DNA of 64,000 nucleotides from Sminthopsis crassicaudata (lineage: Eukaryota): the NCBI RefSeq assembly GCF_048593235.1, contig NC_133619.1, positions 651,598,558-651,662,557 of the forward strand. Reading direction: 5' to 3'. The position numbers and the translations under genes were made by a program. Of this stretch, positions 10,378 through 22,300 are shown piece after piece (positions within the stretch are counted from its first letter, which is position 1; the number at the start of each line of letters is the position of its first letter). The notes under the pieces are model-generated. The model was not told the origin of the DNA. It made no database searches and worked only from the letters and a program-made list of their open reading frames with translations.

Positions 10378-13300
10378 TCATTCTGTGGGAGAGATGAAGG
10401 CGTCAGTGACCGGGGAGAGAGGGGCGGGAGCACGGAGACCCACAGCGGACACGGGCGGGGAGGAAGGGCTGGGGGCCACACGGCGGGGCGGGGGAGGCTG
10501 ACCTTTGACCGAGGTGAGGGGGGGCGGCTCCGCTGGTGAGATCAGCTGGGAGTTTCTCAGCGCCTCCACCACCCAGGTGAGGAGCTGGTTGCATCGACGG
10601 ACCTGGAAGGGGGGCTGGGTCAGAAGACCCCGGACGCACCCAAGCCCTCCCCAGCGGCCCCTCCCCAACTGCGCCCGGACCCCCTCTGCCCTGGGTCCAC
10701 CCCTTCACCCTTCACCTCTCACCTCCAGCTCCATGGCCGCCAGACGATGCTGGTAAGCCTGAATCTGACTCAAATGCTTCAGGGCTGTGTCTACCCTGCG
10801 TTTGGGAGGGGAGGGGGAGAAAGCAGGGTCCCCTCAGAGAAGTTGGGGCAGAGGCCTCCCCCTCCCCCTCCCCCCAGGACCCTCCCTCACTTCTGGGACG
10901 TCCTCTTCAGCCGCTCCGTGTCGCTCTCCCTCTTGTCCCGGGCTTGGCCCAGGAGGAAGTTCTCCTTCTGCACCGACTCCCAGGTCTGCAGCTCGCGCTC
11001 CTCGGCCTGGTTGGACAGGTACAGCCCTGGGCGGGGAGGGGGAGCGAGCGGCCTGAGCGGGGCCCCTGCCCCCCTGCAGACCCCCCCACAGGAGCCCCCC
11101 CGCTGAGCCCCTGCCCCCCTGCAGACCCCCCCACAGGAGCCCCCCTGCTGGGCCCCTGCCCCCCTGCAGACCCCCCCACAGGAGCCCCCTCGCCGGGCCC
11201 CTGCCCCCCCCGGGCCCCCCACTGGGCCCCTGCCCCCCCCTCGGCCCCCCCCCGGCCCCCCAGCTTACTGGAGGCCTCGTCCGAGGCGGGGCGCTGCCGC
11301 CGGGGCCGGCGCTGGCGATTCACTTGGCTCAGCAGGAGGAGGACGTGGGAGACGGCGATGAGGGGCGGGGGCAGCGCCGGGCGGTTGTGGAACTCGCGGA
11401 TCAGGCCGTAGCGCTGGAACTTCCAGTACTGGTCGCTGTTTCCCTGCACCTTCCCAAAGGTGTGGCTGGGGGACCAACAGGCAGGGGCTCAGAGAGAGAA
11501 GTCCCCGGGAGGGGCCGTGATCGGAGCTCGCGGGGGGCGCGGGGTCAGAGGTTATTCTGAGCGAGCGGTCGGCACAGCGACAGAGAAGCCCCGGTCAGGG
11601 CAGGGGTCCGCAGGCCGCGGACGTTTTCGTTTTGGGCAGAACCCGCCAGAAAGCAGGGTCTCGGGCTTGGGGGTCTGCGTGAGGGTCCGCGGGCCCGCGA
11701 AGGCGGCAGCGCGGGGAGGGCCGGGGGCTGGGCGGGGGCCCAGTGGGGGGGGCTCCAGGGGGGGGGCTGGGCGTGGGCGCACTCACGCCGGAGCGGGGGA
11801 GCCCCGTGAGGGCGCCAGGAGCACTGACAGCCCCAAAGGCCTGCGCACAGGGACTCGGGCCCTCGGAGGGGCTCGCTGCGGCGGGGCTGCCATGAGGGAG
11901 GCAGTATGGCGGAGCGGGGAAACTGAGGCACGAGCCACGTAGGGAGACCTGCCCCCGTGCGCTGGTGCAGAGTCAGGAGGCCCAGAAGGAGACAGACGGG
12001 GGGGGGGTCACCGGACAAAGGGCCACAGGATGGCGGGGCCGCGGGGGCAGCGAAGGAGCGTGGGGAGCACCAGCCCCGAGCTGGGGGGCCCTGCCGAGGA
12101 AAGAGCTCTGGGGGGGCCGAGCTCTGGGGGGATGGGCGGGATTTCAGAAGGGGCACGCCCGGGGTGAAGGGTCAGGGGTCACCTGAACATGGCGATGAGA
12201 AGGTTGAGCAGGAGCACGTTGGCCACCAGCAGGAAGACGACCAGCAGCAGCAGCACCAGCCAGTTGGCGTAGACGGAGACGCAGGAGCCGGACGGGCTCC
12301 CGGGGGGCTGGGCCCACGATCCCAGCTCCTGCGAGCAGTTCTCCTGCTGCATCAGGGTCACTGCGGGCACAGGGTCCGTCAGGCCGGGCCGGGGGGGGCG
12401 GGGGCCGGGGGGGGGGGGAGCACGAGGGCCGCTCACCGTCCATGTCCTCCTGGGGCACCTGGCCGAAGATCTGCAGGTAGGGCCGGTAAAAGACGCGCCT
12501 CAGGATGGCGAAGAGGTCTCGGTCCTGCGGCCGGAGCAGCCCCTCGGTGGCCACGCCGTAGGCCACGAGCCACACGCCCAGGAAGAAGAGGAAGAAGAAG
12601 ACGTCCTTCATCTGCAGGACGGGGCGGGGCCGGGAGTGAGGGAGGGTCCGAGAGCCAGCCCCTGCCCCTGTGTCCCCCCCCCTTGCCCAGCCCCCTCCTC
12701 ACCATCTTGTTCACGATCACAATCTTGGGTCCGAGCTGCTTATTGACCGTGAAGATGTGCAGGAGGCGGAGCGTGAAGACCATGAAGTCCAGGCAGAGCA
12801 CGGCCCGGCCCAGCTGGTACAGCCCCGGGATCAGCCTGCGCGGGAGGGAGGGAAGCTGCCACCGAGAAGCCCCTGCGCCCGGTCCTGGGGCGAGGGGCTC
12901 CCGACCGTGGGAGGATGGGGCGAGGGGACAGCCCCTAAGGGGGGGGCAGTGAGGGGGGGGGCCCCAAGGGACGGGGGCAGTGAGGGGGGGAGGGCCCCAA
13001 GGGAGGGGGGCAGCGAGGGGGGCAGGCCCTAAGGGGGGGGGCAGGGCCCCAAGGGATGGGGGGGCAGTGAGGGGGGGAGGGCCCCAAGGGAGGGGGGGCA
13101 GCGAGGGGGGCAGGGCCCCAAGGGAGGGGGGGCAGCGAGGGGGGCAGGGCCCCAAGGGAGGGGGGGCAGCGAGGGGGGCAGGGCCCCAAGGGAGGGGGGG
13201 CAGCGAGGGGGGCAGGGCCCTTAGGGAGGGGGGCAGTGAGGGGGGCAGGGCCCTAAGGGAGGGGGGGGGCAGCGAGGGGGGCAGGGCCCTTAGGGAGGGG

Positions 13301-16300
13301 GGCAGCGAGGGGGGCAGGGCCCTAAGGGAGGGGGGGGCAGCGAGGGGGGCAGGGCCCTTAGGGAGGGGGGCAGCGAGGGGGGCAGGGCCCTTAGGGAGGG
13401 GTGCTGGGGGCCTGGGCTGGGAACACGCAGCGCCCAGGGCAGCATGGGAGGGGCCCAGGATGCCCCCGAATGGCGGGCCTGGCTCGGGGGGGGCGAGGCC
13501 GCCCTTGGGGTGCAGACCCCTCCGAGGCCCCGGGTGACCGGGGGGCGCACGCACCGGCAGCCGATGCCCAGCAGGAAGAGGCTGAGCGCCACCAGGTCGC
13601 ACTGGTTCCAGGTGTCGGCCAGGTAGAGGCGCAGCCGCCGGTGCAGAGGCATCTTCCCGGGCTCCAGCACGGGGCCCCCGCTGAGGTTGCCCCAGCCCCC
13701 CGACAGCCCCTGCCGCAGCTCCTCGCACAGCAGCGTGAAGACCCAGGCGTAGAGCAGGAACTCGGTGGCGCTGGGCGCCGCGGGCCGGATCTCCAGCAGC
13801 AGGACCCGGGCGAAGAGCAGAAGGAACAGCAGGTAGCTGACCACGTTGCCCAGGAAGACCGTCACCGGCGCCGTCCAGAACTGGGACCAGCGCCGCAGGC
13901 AGCGCGCCCACCGCTGCCGGTCCCGCAGGCAGCTCCAGGCGGCCCCGGGCTGCCCCGGCGTGACCGTCCCCGGCTTCTCCGAGATGTCCCCCAGCCTGCG
14001 GGGGGGGCGAGGTGGCAGTCACCCGGGAGCCCGGCCCCCCACCCGCGGGCCCCCCGGAAGCCCCCAGCCCAGGCTCACCCCGAGGGGCTGTCCACGGCGC
14101 CGTCATCCACATTCGGCCCCCACTGTTCTCTCTTCAGCGGCTTCTCCTCCAGGGGTCTGCAGGCGTTTGGTTCGGGGAAGGACAGAGGAAAGCAATCAGG
14201 GGAAACTGAGGCCCGGAGACGTCCCGCGAGGGTCGGGGGTGACTGGAAAGCAGAGACCCAGGGACGGCGCGGGGGCCCGGCCCGGCATGGGGAAGCTCAC
14301 CTGAAGGTGATGAGGTTGGTGTAGATGAACAGGGGGCAGAAGAAGGTGAGAAGCAGCGCCCAGACGGGGGTGTTGCTGTCCATCTCTCCCCACCACTTCT
14401 CGGTCAGCAGGGTCTGGGGGCAGGGCACGGGGGTTAGGGCCCTGGGGGAGCCACGGCCCCCAGGGAGGGGGGCACTCCCCGTGGCACTTCCAACAGAAAA
14501 TGGGGCAGTCCTGCGCCCGCTGCTACGGCTCCAATCCATCCTCCCCTGCCTCCACCTCCCTCGCTCAGCTCTCAAAGGCATTTCCGGGGCTCTCCGGGCC
14601 TCCAGAAGGCCGGCCCCCCATGGCCTCCCGGCCCCCCATGGCCTCCCGGCCCCCCCATGGCCTCCCGGCCCCCCCATGGCCTCCCGGCCCCCCCATGGCC
14701 TCCCGGCCCCCCATGGCCTCCCGGCCCCCCCATGGCCTCCCGGCCCCCCCATGGCCTCCCGGCCCCCCATGGCCTCCCGGCCCCCCCATGGCCTCCAGGC
14801 CCCCCATGGCCTCCCGGCCTCCCATGGCCTCCCGGCCCCCCCATGGCCTCCCGGCCCCCCCATGGCCTCCCGGCCCCCCCATGGCCTCCCGGCCCCCCCA
14901 TGGCCTCCCGGCCCCCCCATGGCCTCCCGGCCCCCCATGGCCTCCCGGCCCCCCATGGCCTCCCGGCCCCCCCATGGCCTCCCGGCCCCCCCATGGCCTC
15001 CCGGCCCCCCATGGCCTCCCGGCCCCCCCATGGCCTCCCGGCCCCCCATGGCCTCCAGGCCCCCCATGGCCTCCCGGCCCCCCCATGGCCTCCCGGCCCC
15101 CCATGGCCTCCCGGCCCCCACACCCTGGGTCATTCCGCAAGACTGGCTCCGGCTGTCAAACCGGCAACCGGGGCTTCCTGTGGTGCCCGCCGCCTCGGCC
15201 CGACAGAGAGACTCGGGGCCTCCAGGGGGAGGCCCCCGTGGCCGCAGGACCCAGGCCGCCTTCCCCGCGGGCTGGGGGATCTCCTGCCCTCTGTCATAAT
15301 CGCACCCGGCGGGGAAAGGGGAGGATTCCGCTCCAGAGGACGGCCTTCCATCACGTCTTATTAAACTCGGGCCCTCGCCGCCCCCGGCCAGCGACGTGGC
15401 CTCTGATTCAGTGCAAGATTGTCCTCCCGGAGCTAGAGTTCCCACCTGTCCCCCCCAAATCCGTCTCTGCTGACCCGCCCCAAAGCGCTTCCTCCCAGGC
15501 CCCTCGCTCGTCTTCTCTACAGACCTGACGAGTAGGCCCGCCTTTCCTGTCCCCGACAGCCCCGACCCTGGGGGTCCCACGAAGGCCTTCCAGCCTGGCG
15601 TGGAATCACTCCCACGCCACCCGGTCCCCCCAGATTCTCTTAGCAAACTCGCCTGGCTCTTCGGCGCTCCTGATCTACCAGTTAGCAATGAAAAAAGGAG
15701 ATGCTGTCTGTGGACTGAAGGTCACCCCCACCTGCCTCAGTTTCCCCAAGCGTAAAATGGGAATAACAGAAGCACCTCCCCCTCCCAGGTGGCCAGGGAA
15801 TAAAATTAGCCAGCTGGAAAGCACTCTGCAGATCTCGGCGCCCCTCTAAGTGCCAGGCACTGCCCACTGACCTGGGCCCTTTCACTAAGCACCTTTAAAG
15901 CCATCCTCCCTCTGACTCGGACCCAAGTCCTGAGCAGTGTCTTCTGGGCTCCCTTTGGCCGCCAAGTGCTAATGCCCCTTGGGAGTCCTCTTGGAAACTG
16001 GCCCGGGGGCCCCCGCTGCTCCTCTCCTTACGGGGGGCCGGCCATTGGGAGCTCCACAGAGGGGCCGAGGAGGCTTCCCCTGATCCTCAGCTCTCCTGCT
16101 CCATGCTATTCTGTGGGGCTTTCTTTTCCTGTCTCTCTCTGCTCGTTTCTTTCTCCTCTGTTTCTTTCTCTTTTTCTGTCTCCTCCCTCCTTCCCCTTTT
16201 CCATCTCCTCTCTCTGCCTCCCTCGCTTCCCTCGTCTCTTGTCCGTCTCTGTCCTCCCCTCATCTGTTTCTCTGTTGTTTTTTTTGTGTCTATCTCTTCT

Positions 16301-19300
16301 CTCTCTTTCTATGTCTCTTTCCTATTTCTTTTTGTCTCTCCCTCCCCCTCTGTCCTTTCCTTTCTGTCTTTTGTCTCTCCCCCCTCCCTCCTTCCCTGTC
16401 TCGTCTCTCTCTGTCCCTCCCCCCTCTTTCTTTCATCCCTCTCTTCCACCTCCCAGGACCTCAGTTCCCAACTCAGGACTCCTTCCTACCTCTCTGGAAC
16501 TTTGTTTCACCCAGACGTTCTTCCGGGTTTCCAGAGCCCCTCGCCTCCCCTGTCTCAGGAGGACGAGCAGCCACGCTTTGCGCCCAGACAGACCGCCGCC
16601 CTCCCATCCCTCAGATTCTCTGTGCTCTGTACGGGCTGAGAGGGAGATCTCCATCCTTGTCCATTCTTGGACGGTCGTTTCTGTGGCGAGCGGCTAAGGC
16701 TGCACTTAGCACACAGCAGGCACTTAATAAATGCCTCCTGACTGAGCGGAGGACTGCGACAGCTGACACGGGGCCTTGCATGCCAGAGTCCCCCCCTGCT
16801 CCGGAGCTCTTCCCCATGTGAACCTGACCCTTCATTTCCTCCTCTTCCAAACCGAATTTTTCTTCAGGTCCTCCGTGTTGTGGTATCCGGTTGGGTCCAA
16901 TTCTGCCCAGCCCTTCACGCCCCGGCAGCCAGGCGGCCACCTCCCTCTCCGGTGAGGACCCCGGGGACCCCAAGGCAGCTGGCTAACCCCAGCCTCGGCA
17001 GACTCAGCGAGTCCTCCTGCTTCCTGCATTATCCCCTGCAGCGCCCCCCGCTGCCCACGTCCTTCATGGCTCCTCAAATTTCCGGTCCCAGACTGTAGCC
17101 TCTGTAGGTCCAGCTAAAGGCCAGCTGGGAAGTGGCCGGAGGGGCTGCCCGTGCCCTCCCGAGGGCTCCAACTTGCCGTGCTCCCCTTCCCAGCATGGCG
17201 CCTCAGGCCACCCTGGACTCGGGACCCAGGAGGACACCTTCTCTGCCTCTGGGAACCCCGTGGTCCCCGGCTTTCCCTTTAGCTCGCCCCCAGGGCCTGA
17301 TGCCCCCTGCAGTGTTGGCCGTTTCTCCCCGTCCCTGGTACAGATATGTAAGACAGAAACGGCCGAGGAAGGGGGGGCTTCCTGGCTCTGTGCCCGGCGG
17401 GTGCAGGTTCCCTGCGGTGCCATGTACCTGCACCCCATCCTGGGCGAAGAAGGCCCTCGCATCCCCTTGCGTTGCCAGCTGGAGGCAGGTGGCCCCTCCC
17501 CAGATCGGGGTCCGGCGCAGGAGCAGGCGGGTGGTCCGGGACTCGCTGTTTTGGAGACACTCTGAAAACAGACCTACACAAAGAAAAACGGAGGTTGGGG
17601 GTCTTCCCTCTGCACCCAGGGGTCCCCCAATCCCTGGCCCGGGAACCATCAGAAAGGGCCTTGGAAGCCCTCTCGGTCTGAGGGCAGAGGGGCAAGGGGC
17701 CCGCCTGGGGGAACCTCTCCAGCCCCGGAGCTCCCGGAGCGGGGAATGCCGCCCTGAGCGCCATCCTGGCTCCACTCCGCTCCCGGACCCCCGAGACCCG
17801 GGCATACCCATGGCGAGACCCTCAAATTTGGCCGCCAGCTCCTTTCTCTTGGCAGTCTCGTCGGCCTCGGCCTCCAGGCGGGCCAGGACGCGAAGCAGGA
17901 GGCAGGAACCCAGGGCAGAGGCCAGAGAATCACTCCCCTAGAGGGGACAGAAGGATCAGAGGCCCCAGAACCCCACCCCGGACCCCGGGGCCCAAGGCCT
18001 AGACCTCACCATCTCCCAGAAGTACACGGCCATCTGAGCCCGATTCAGAAACAGGGCCCAGAGCAGCAGGTCAATCCAGGGGGCCTGCCTGAGGGTGGCG
18101 TCCGACGTGGCGTCGGTCAGGAGGCACATCTGGGGAGAAGAAGATGGCTCAGAGGGGCCAGGTGCCCCGCGGGGACCCTCCCCCCAGGGCCCATGTCCGA
18201 AGGGCCACCCTTACGTTTTCCCGACGGCTCCCGCTCAGGGCCAGCTCCAGGCTGTCCCCTGTGGTGTCCGCCTGGTACCGGGGCGCGCAGGTGGACCCGA
18301 GCAGGTCGTGAAGAAGCCGCCCCACGTCCTGCAGGTACACGTCTCGCAGCGGGGAGGTCGGGGGCACGCCCGGGGCGGCGGGCTCCTTGCGGCCTCCGTC
18401 GGCCGCGGGGCCGCGGGCTATCCGGTCCAGCAGGTGTCGCAGCAGCGAGCCCAAAGGGGCCGTGGAGTAGAGCTGGCCCAGCCGAGCCGGGGACAGGAAG
18501 GAGCCGAGGCTCAGGCCCCGGGAGATGAGCAGGCGCACGAACTCCGGCTGGTCGTTCACCAGAGCATCCTGGAGGGAGGCCTCCAGGTGGGAGGACTGCA
18601 AGGGGGGCACAGGCCGTCAGCTAAGGGGCGTGGGCTGGGGGAGGGGGGATAGAGGAAGGGGACAGAGCAGGTGGGAGAAAGATGGTGGAGGGAGGGGGGA
18701 ACAGGCTAGGGACACGTCCAAGGACAGACAGACGGAAGGAGGGGGACAGGGAGCACACAGAAGGACGGGCAGAGGACAGACACATAAAGGGAAGAGCAGA
18801 CCGGGCATCCGGAGATGGACGGGGCGCACAAGGCCCAGAGACCGGAGCGCGCCCATCAGGCCCCGCACAGACAGCCCCCCGCCCAGTCCCGTCCCACCAC
18901 TCCCCCCCCACCTTCCACTTGATGTCCCCTCGAAAGATCTCGCTCTGCGCAATGTCCACGCGGTTCCAGGTCACGGCCAGGCGTAACTCGTCCATGTACG
19001 CGGACGCTTCTGAGCTGCCACAGGCTGCCAGGGGTGAGAAGGGGGGGAGGGGAGGATCAGTCCGGCCGCAGGACCCCGGCCCCAGCAGCAGGTGGGCCTG
19101 AGGAGGAAGCGATGTCGGGCCCTCTCCCGCCTCCGGCGCAGAAGGCGAGGACGGGGCCGTGGGCCGGGGCCCCAAACCAGGGGTTCTCTCAACAGCGAGA
19201 GCTCAGAGAGAGGGAGGGCACAGAGGGGGCACCTCGGGCTGAGATGCAGGAGGGGCAAAGCGCGCAGGGGGCGCTGCGGCCAAGGAGGCCGGGACGGGAG

Positions 19301-22300
19301 GGGGAGGAGCGCCTCACCCTTCACCAGGGCTCTCAGCACCACGGTCTCGAACTCCTCGGGCCCGTCCTCGGACGAGTAGACGGTCAGCATCTCCCGGCGC
19401 GTCATGATCCTCTCCACCTGCGCTAGACCCAAGGGGAGGCGCCTGAGCAAGGCCTTCGTTCCCGCGCCTCTGCTGGGCTCGGGCCCACCCCGGGGCCCCC
19501 TGGGGGGCGGGCTCCCCGCGCCTTCTAGGAGTCGGGCTGGGTTTTATTCCTACAACTGATCGGAGCCGTTGGGCGCCTTCGGGGGCTGAGAACCGAACGG
19601 CGGAACATTCAGGACAGAGATGCTGTTCCAAGTGGTGCAACAGACACAGAGCTCAGTAGTATAGGTTCCCAGCCTGTCCTCCCTGAGCCCCTCAGCCTGT
19701 CCTCCCTGAGTCTTTCAGCCCTTCTCCCTGAGCTCCTCAGCCCTCCTCCCTGAGCCCCTCAGCCTGTCCTCCCTGAGCCCCTCAGCCCTCCTCCCTGAGC
19801 CTTTCAGCCCTCCTCCCTGCACCCCTCAGCCCTCCTCCCTGAGCCCCTCAGCCCTCCTCCCTGAGTCCCTCAGCCCTCCTCCCTGCGCCCCTCAGCCCTC
19901 CTCCCTGAGCCCCTCAGCCCTCCTCTCTGCACCCCTCAGCCCTCCTCCCTGAGCCCCTCAGCCCTCCTCCCTGCGCCCCTCAGCCCTCCTCCCTGCGCCC
20001 CTCAGCCCTCCTCCCTGAGCCCCTCAGCCTGTCCTCCCTGAGCCCCTCAGCCCTCCTCCCTGAGCCCCTCAGCCCTCCTCCCTGAGCCCCTCAGCCCTCC
20101 TCCCTGCACCCCTCAGCCCTCCTCCCTGCGCCCCTCAGCCCTCCTACCTGCGCCCCTAGGGCCTCAAGATCGCCCTTGGGAAAGAAGCGCCGGATGCGGT
20201 CAGTGATTCCCGCGCTCTGGGTCATGAAGGACGAGGAGTCCCGAACCGCCGCGGCTTCCCCCAGGATCTCGGCCAGACAGTCGGCGGCGCCCCCGGACCC
20301 GGCCACCAGCAGGCAAGGCAGCTGAGCTCGGGTGGCGTCTTCCACGCGCTGCGGGTCGAGGGTCCTTAGCTCCCGCCCTCCCGGTCAGACCCTCGGCCGC
20401 AGCCCGGCCCCACCCGAGCCCGTGGGGCCCCTTTGCCCAGCTCTGCCCCCGACTGGCAGCCCTTCCCGGGAGCGCCCCCATACCTGTAGCATGCTCTCGT
20501 TTCCGTCAATGAGGAGCAGCAGGACGGGGATGTCGATGCCGGTGCCTGAGGGGACACGGGGAGAGCTCCGGACCACTGCGGCCCCCAGGGCCCCCCTCCC
20601 GAGGCGGCGCTCAGGGCTCACCTCGAATCCCAGTCTTCTGCCGGGAGATGTAGGACTCCAGCTTGGCCCGGAAGCGCGTCTCGCCCCCGAAGATGCCGTA
20701 GGTCCCGTCGTCCACCAGGAAGAAGGCCGAGTAGTTATAGTCCAGCGGGCACTGGGTGACGTCCTTCAGGCCCTTCTGCCAGTAGTAGCGGGCCGGGAAC
20801 ACACCCTGGGCGGGGATGCCGGGTCAGAGCCCCGCCCCTGCGACAGCCCCTCCCCCAGGACCGAGGGCCCCCCCCCCAGGACCCAGGGCTCTCCCCCCTG
20901 CAGAGCGGCCCCTCCCCCAGGACCCAGGGCCCCCCCAGGTGCAGAGCGGCCCCTCCCCCAGGACCCAGGGCCCCCCCAGGCGCAGAGCGGCCCCTCCCCC
21001 AGGACCCAGGGCTCTCCCCCCTGCAGAGCGGCCCCTCCCCCAGGACCCAGGGCTCTCCCCCCTGCAGAGCGGCCCCTCCCCCAGGACCCAGGGCCCCCCC
21101 AGGTGCAGAGTGGCCCCTCCCCCAGGACCCAGGGCCCCCCCAGGCGCAGAGCGGCCCCTCCCCCAGGACCCAGGGCCCACCCTAGGCGCAGAGCGGCCCC
21201 TCTCCCAGGACCCAGAGCGGCCCCTCCCCCAGGACCCTCCCCCAGCAACTCCTCCCCTCAGGAACCCCCTCGGGCGGGGCCTCACCTTGGGGTTGATGAG
21301 CATCTCCCGGTGCCGCACTACCCCCCAGGGGGCCACGCCCATGGCCACCACCTTGGTGGAGCCGGAGCCCGCCATGTTGTGGTCCTGCACCGCCACCCCC
21401 ACGTGCCGGCTGATGCCCGTGTGCAGCCCCCCGGTCATGATCCAGGCCCCTGGCGGGAAGAGGGCGGGCTGGGGCTCAGGGCCGGGCCGCGGGCACACGG
21501 AGACAGAGACAGACACACACAGAGACACACAGAGACACGCACTCACACCCCCCAGGACGCTCTGAGGCATTCAAAGGGATCTGGGGGCGTCCCCTCCAAC
21601 TCCCGCCCGGAGGCAAGGCCAGAGCCCGGGGCGCACTCAGGGCCGCTCTCGGTGGGGGGGGGAGGGAAGAGAGGCCAGAGCCCGGGGCGCACTGCTCTCT
21701 CTCGGTGGGGGGGAGGGAAGAGAGGCCAGAGCTCGCCGGCGCAGGAGCGGGAGGAGGGGCTCTGGGGGGGGTGGGGGCGGCTCACCGGTGCTGAGCGCGG
21801 CCCTCACCAGGCCTTGGCGCAGCAGGTCCCTGAGCCAGGGCTGCAGCTTGGAGCCCGCGGAGCCGCCCAGCACGGACACCACCAGGTTGGGGGCCGGGAA
21901 GCCCCAGGTGCGGGTGACCAGGGAGTAGGCCGCCGCTGGGTCTGTCCGGTCCGACAGCCGAATGAACTGCTCGGGGAGACAGAGGCGGCGGGCGCTCACC
22001 CCTGCCCCCCCCCCAGCTGGGCCAGCGGCCCCCTCCCCCCCGCCCCCTCCCACACGCAGGGCAGCGGCACCTTGCTGAAGCTCTGGCCGGTCCCGTGGAA
22101 GTCCAGGTCTCCATAGGCATCGGTGGGCTGCTCCGTGGTGTGGGCGTCGCTGTTCCACACGGTGACCACGGCGGCTCCGAAGGCGTCTTCCACGGCCACG
22201 GCGGAGTGGTACTTCCGATTCCGGCCACACTGGCACCGGCCGCTGCTGCGTGGGGAACAGGAAGGGGGGGGGACCGGACTTGGAGCCTGGGGCCCCTCGG

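Noticed and set aside
14297-15688. Collagen-like or Gly/Pro-rich ORFs ([16 protein letters not shown])
   Set aside because: Derived from the 19-20-bp VNTR in TRPM4 intron 14; there is no sustained Gly-X-Y register and the region is intronic.
22243-22247. NAGNAG tandem acceptor at TRPM4 exon 3 (and an alternative AG 18 nt upstream of exon 12)
   Set aside because: Common, low-impact features; the acceptors chosen reproduce the conserved exon length (exon 3) or the conserved exon start (exon 12).
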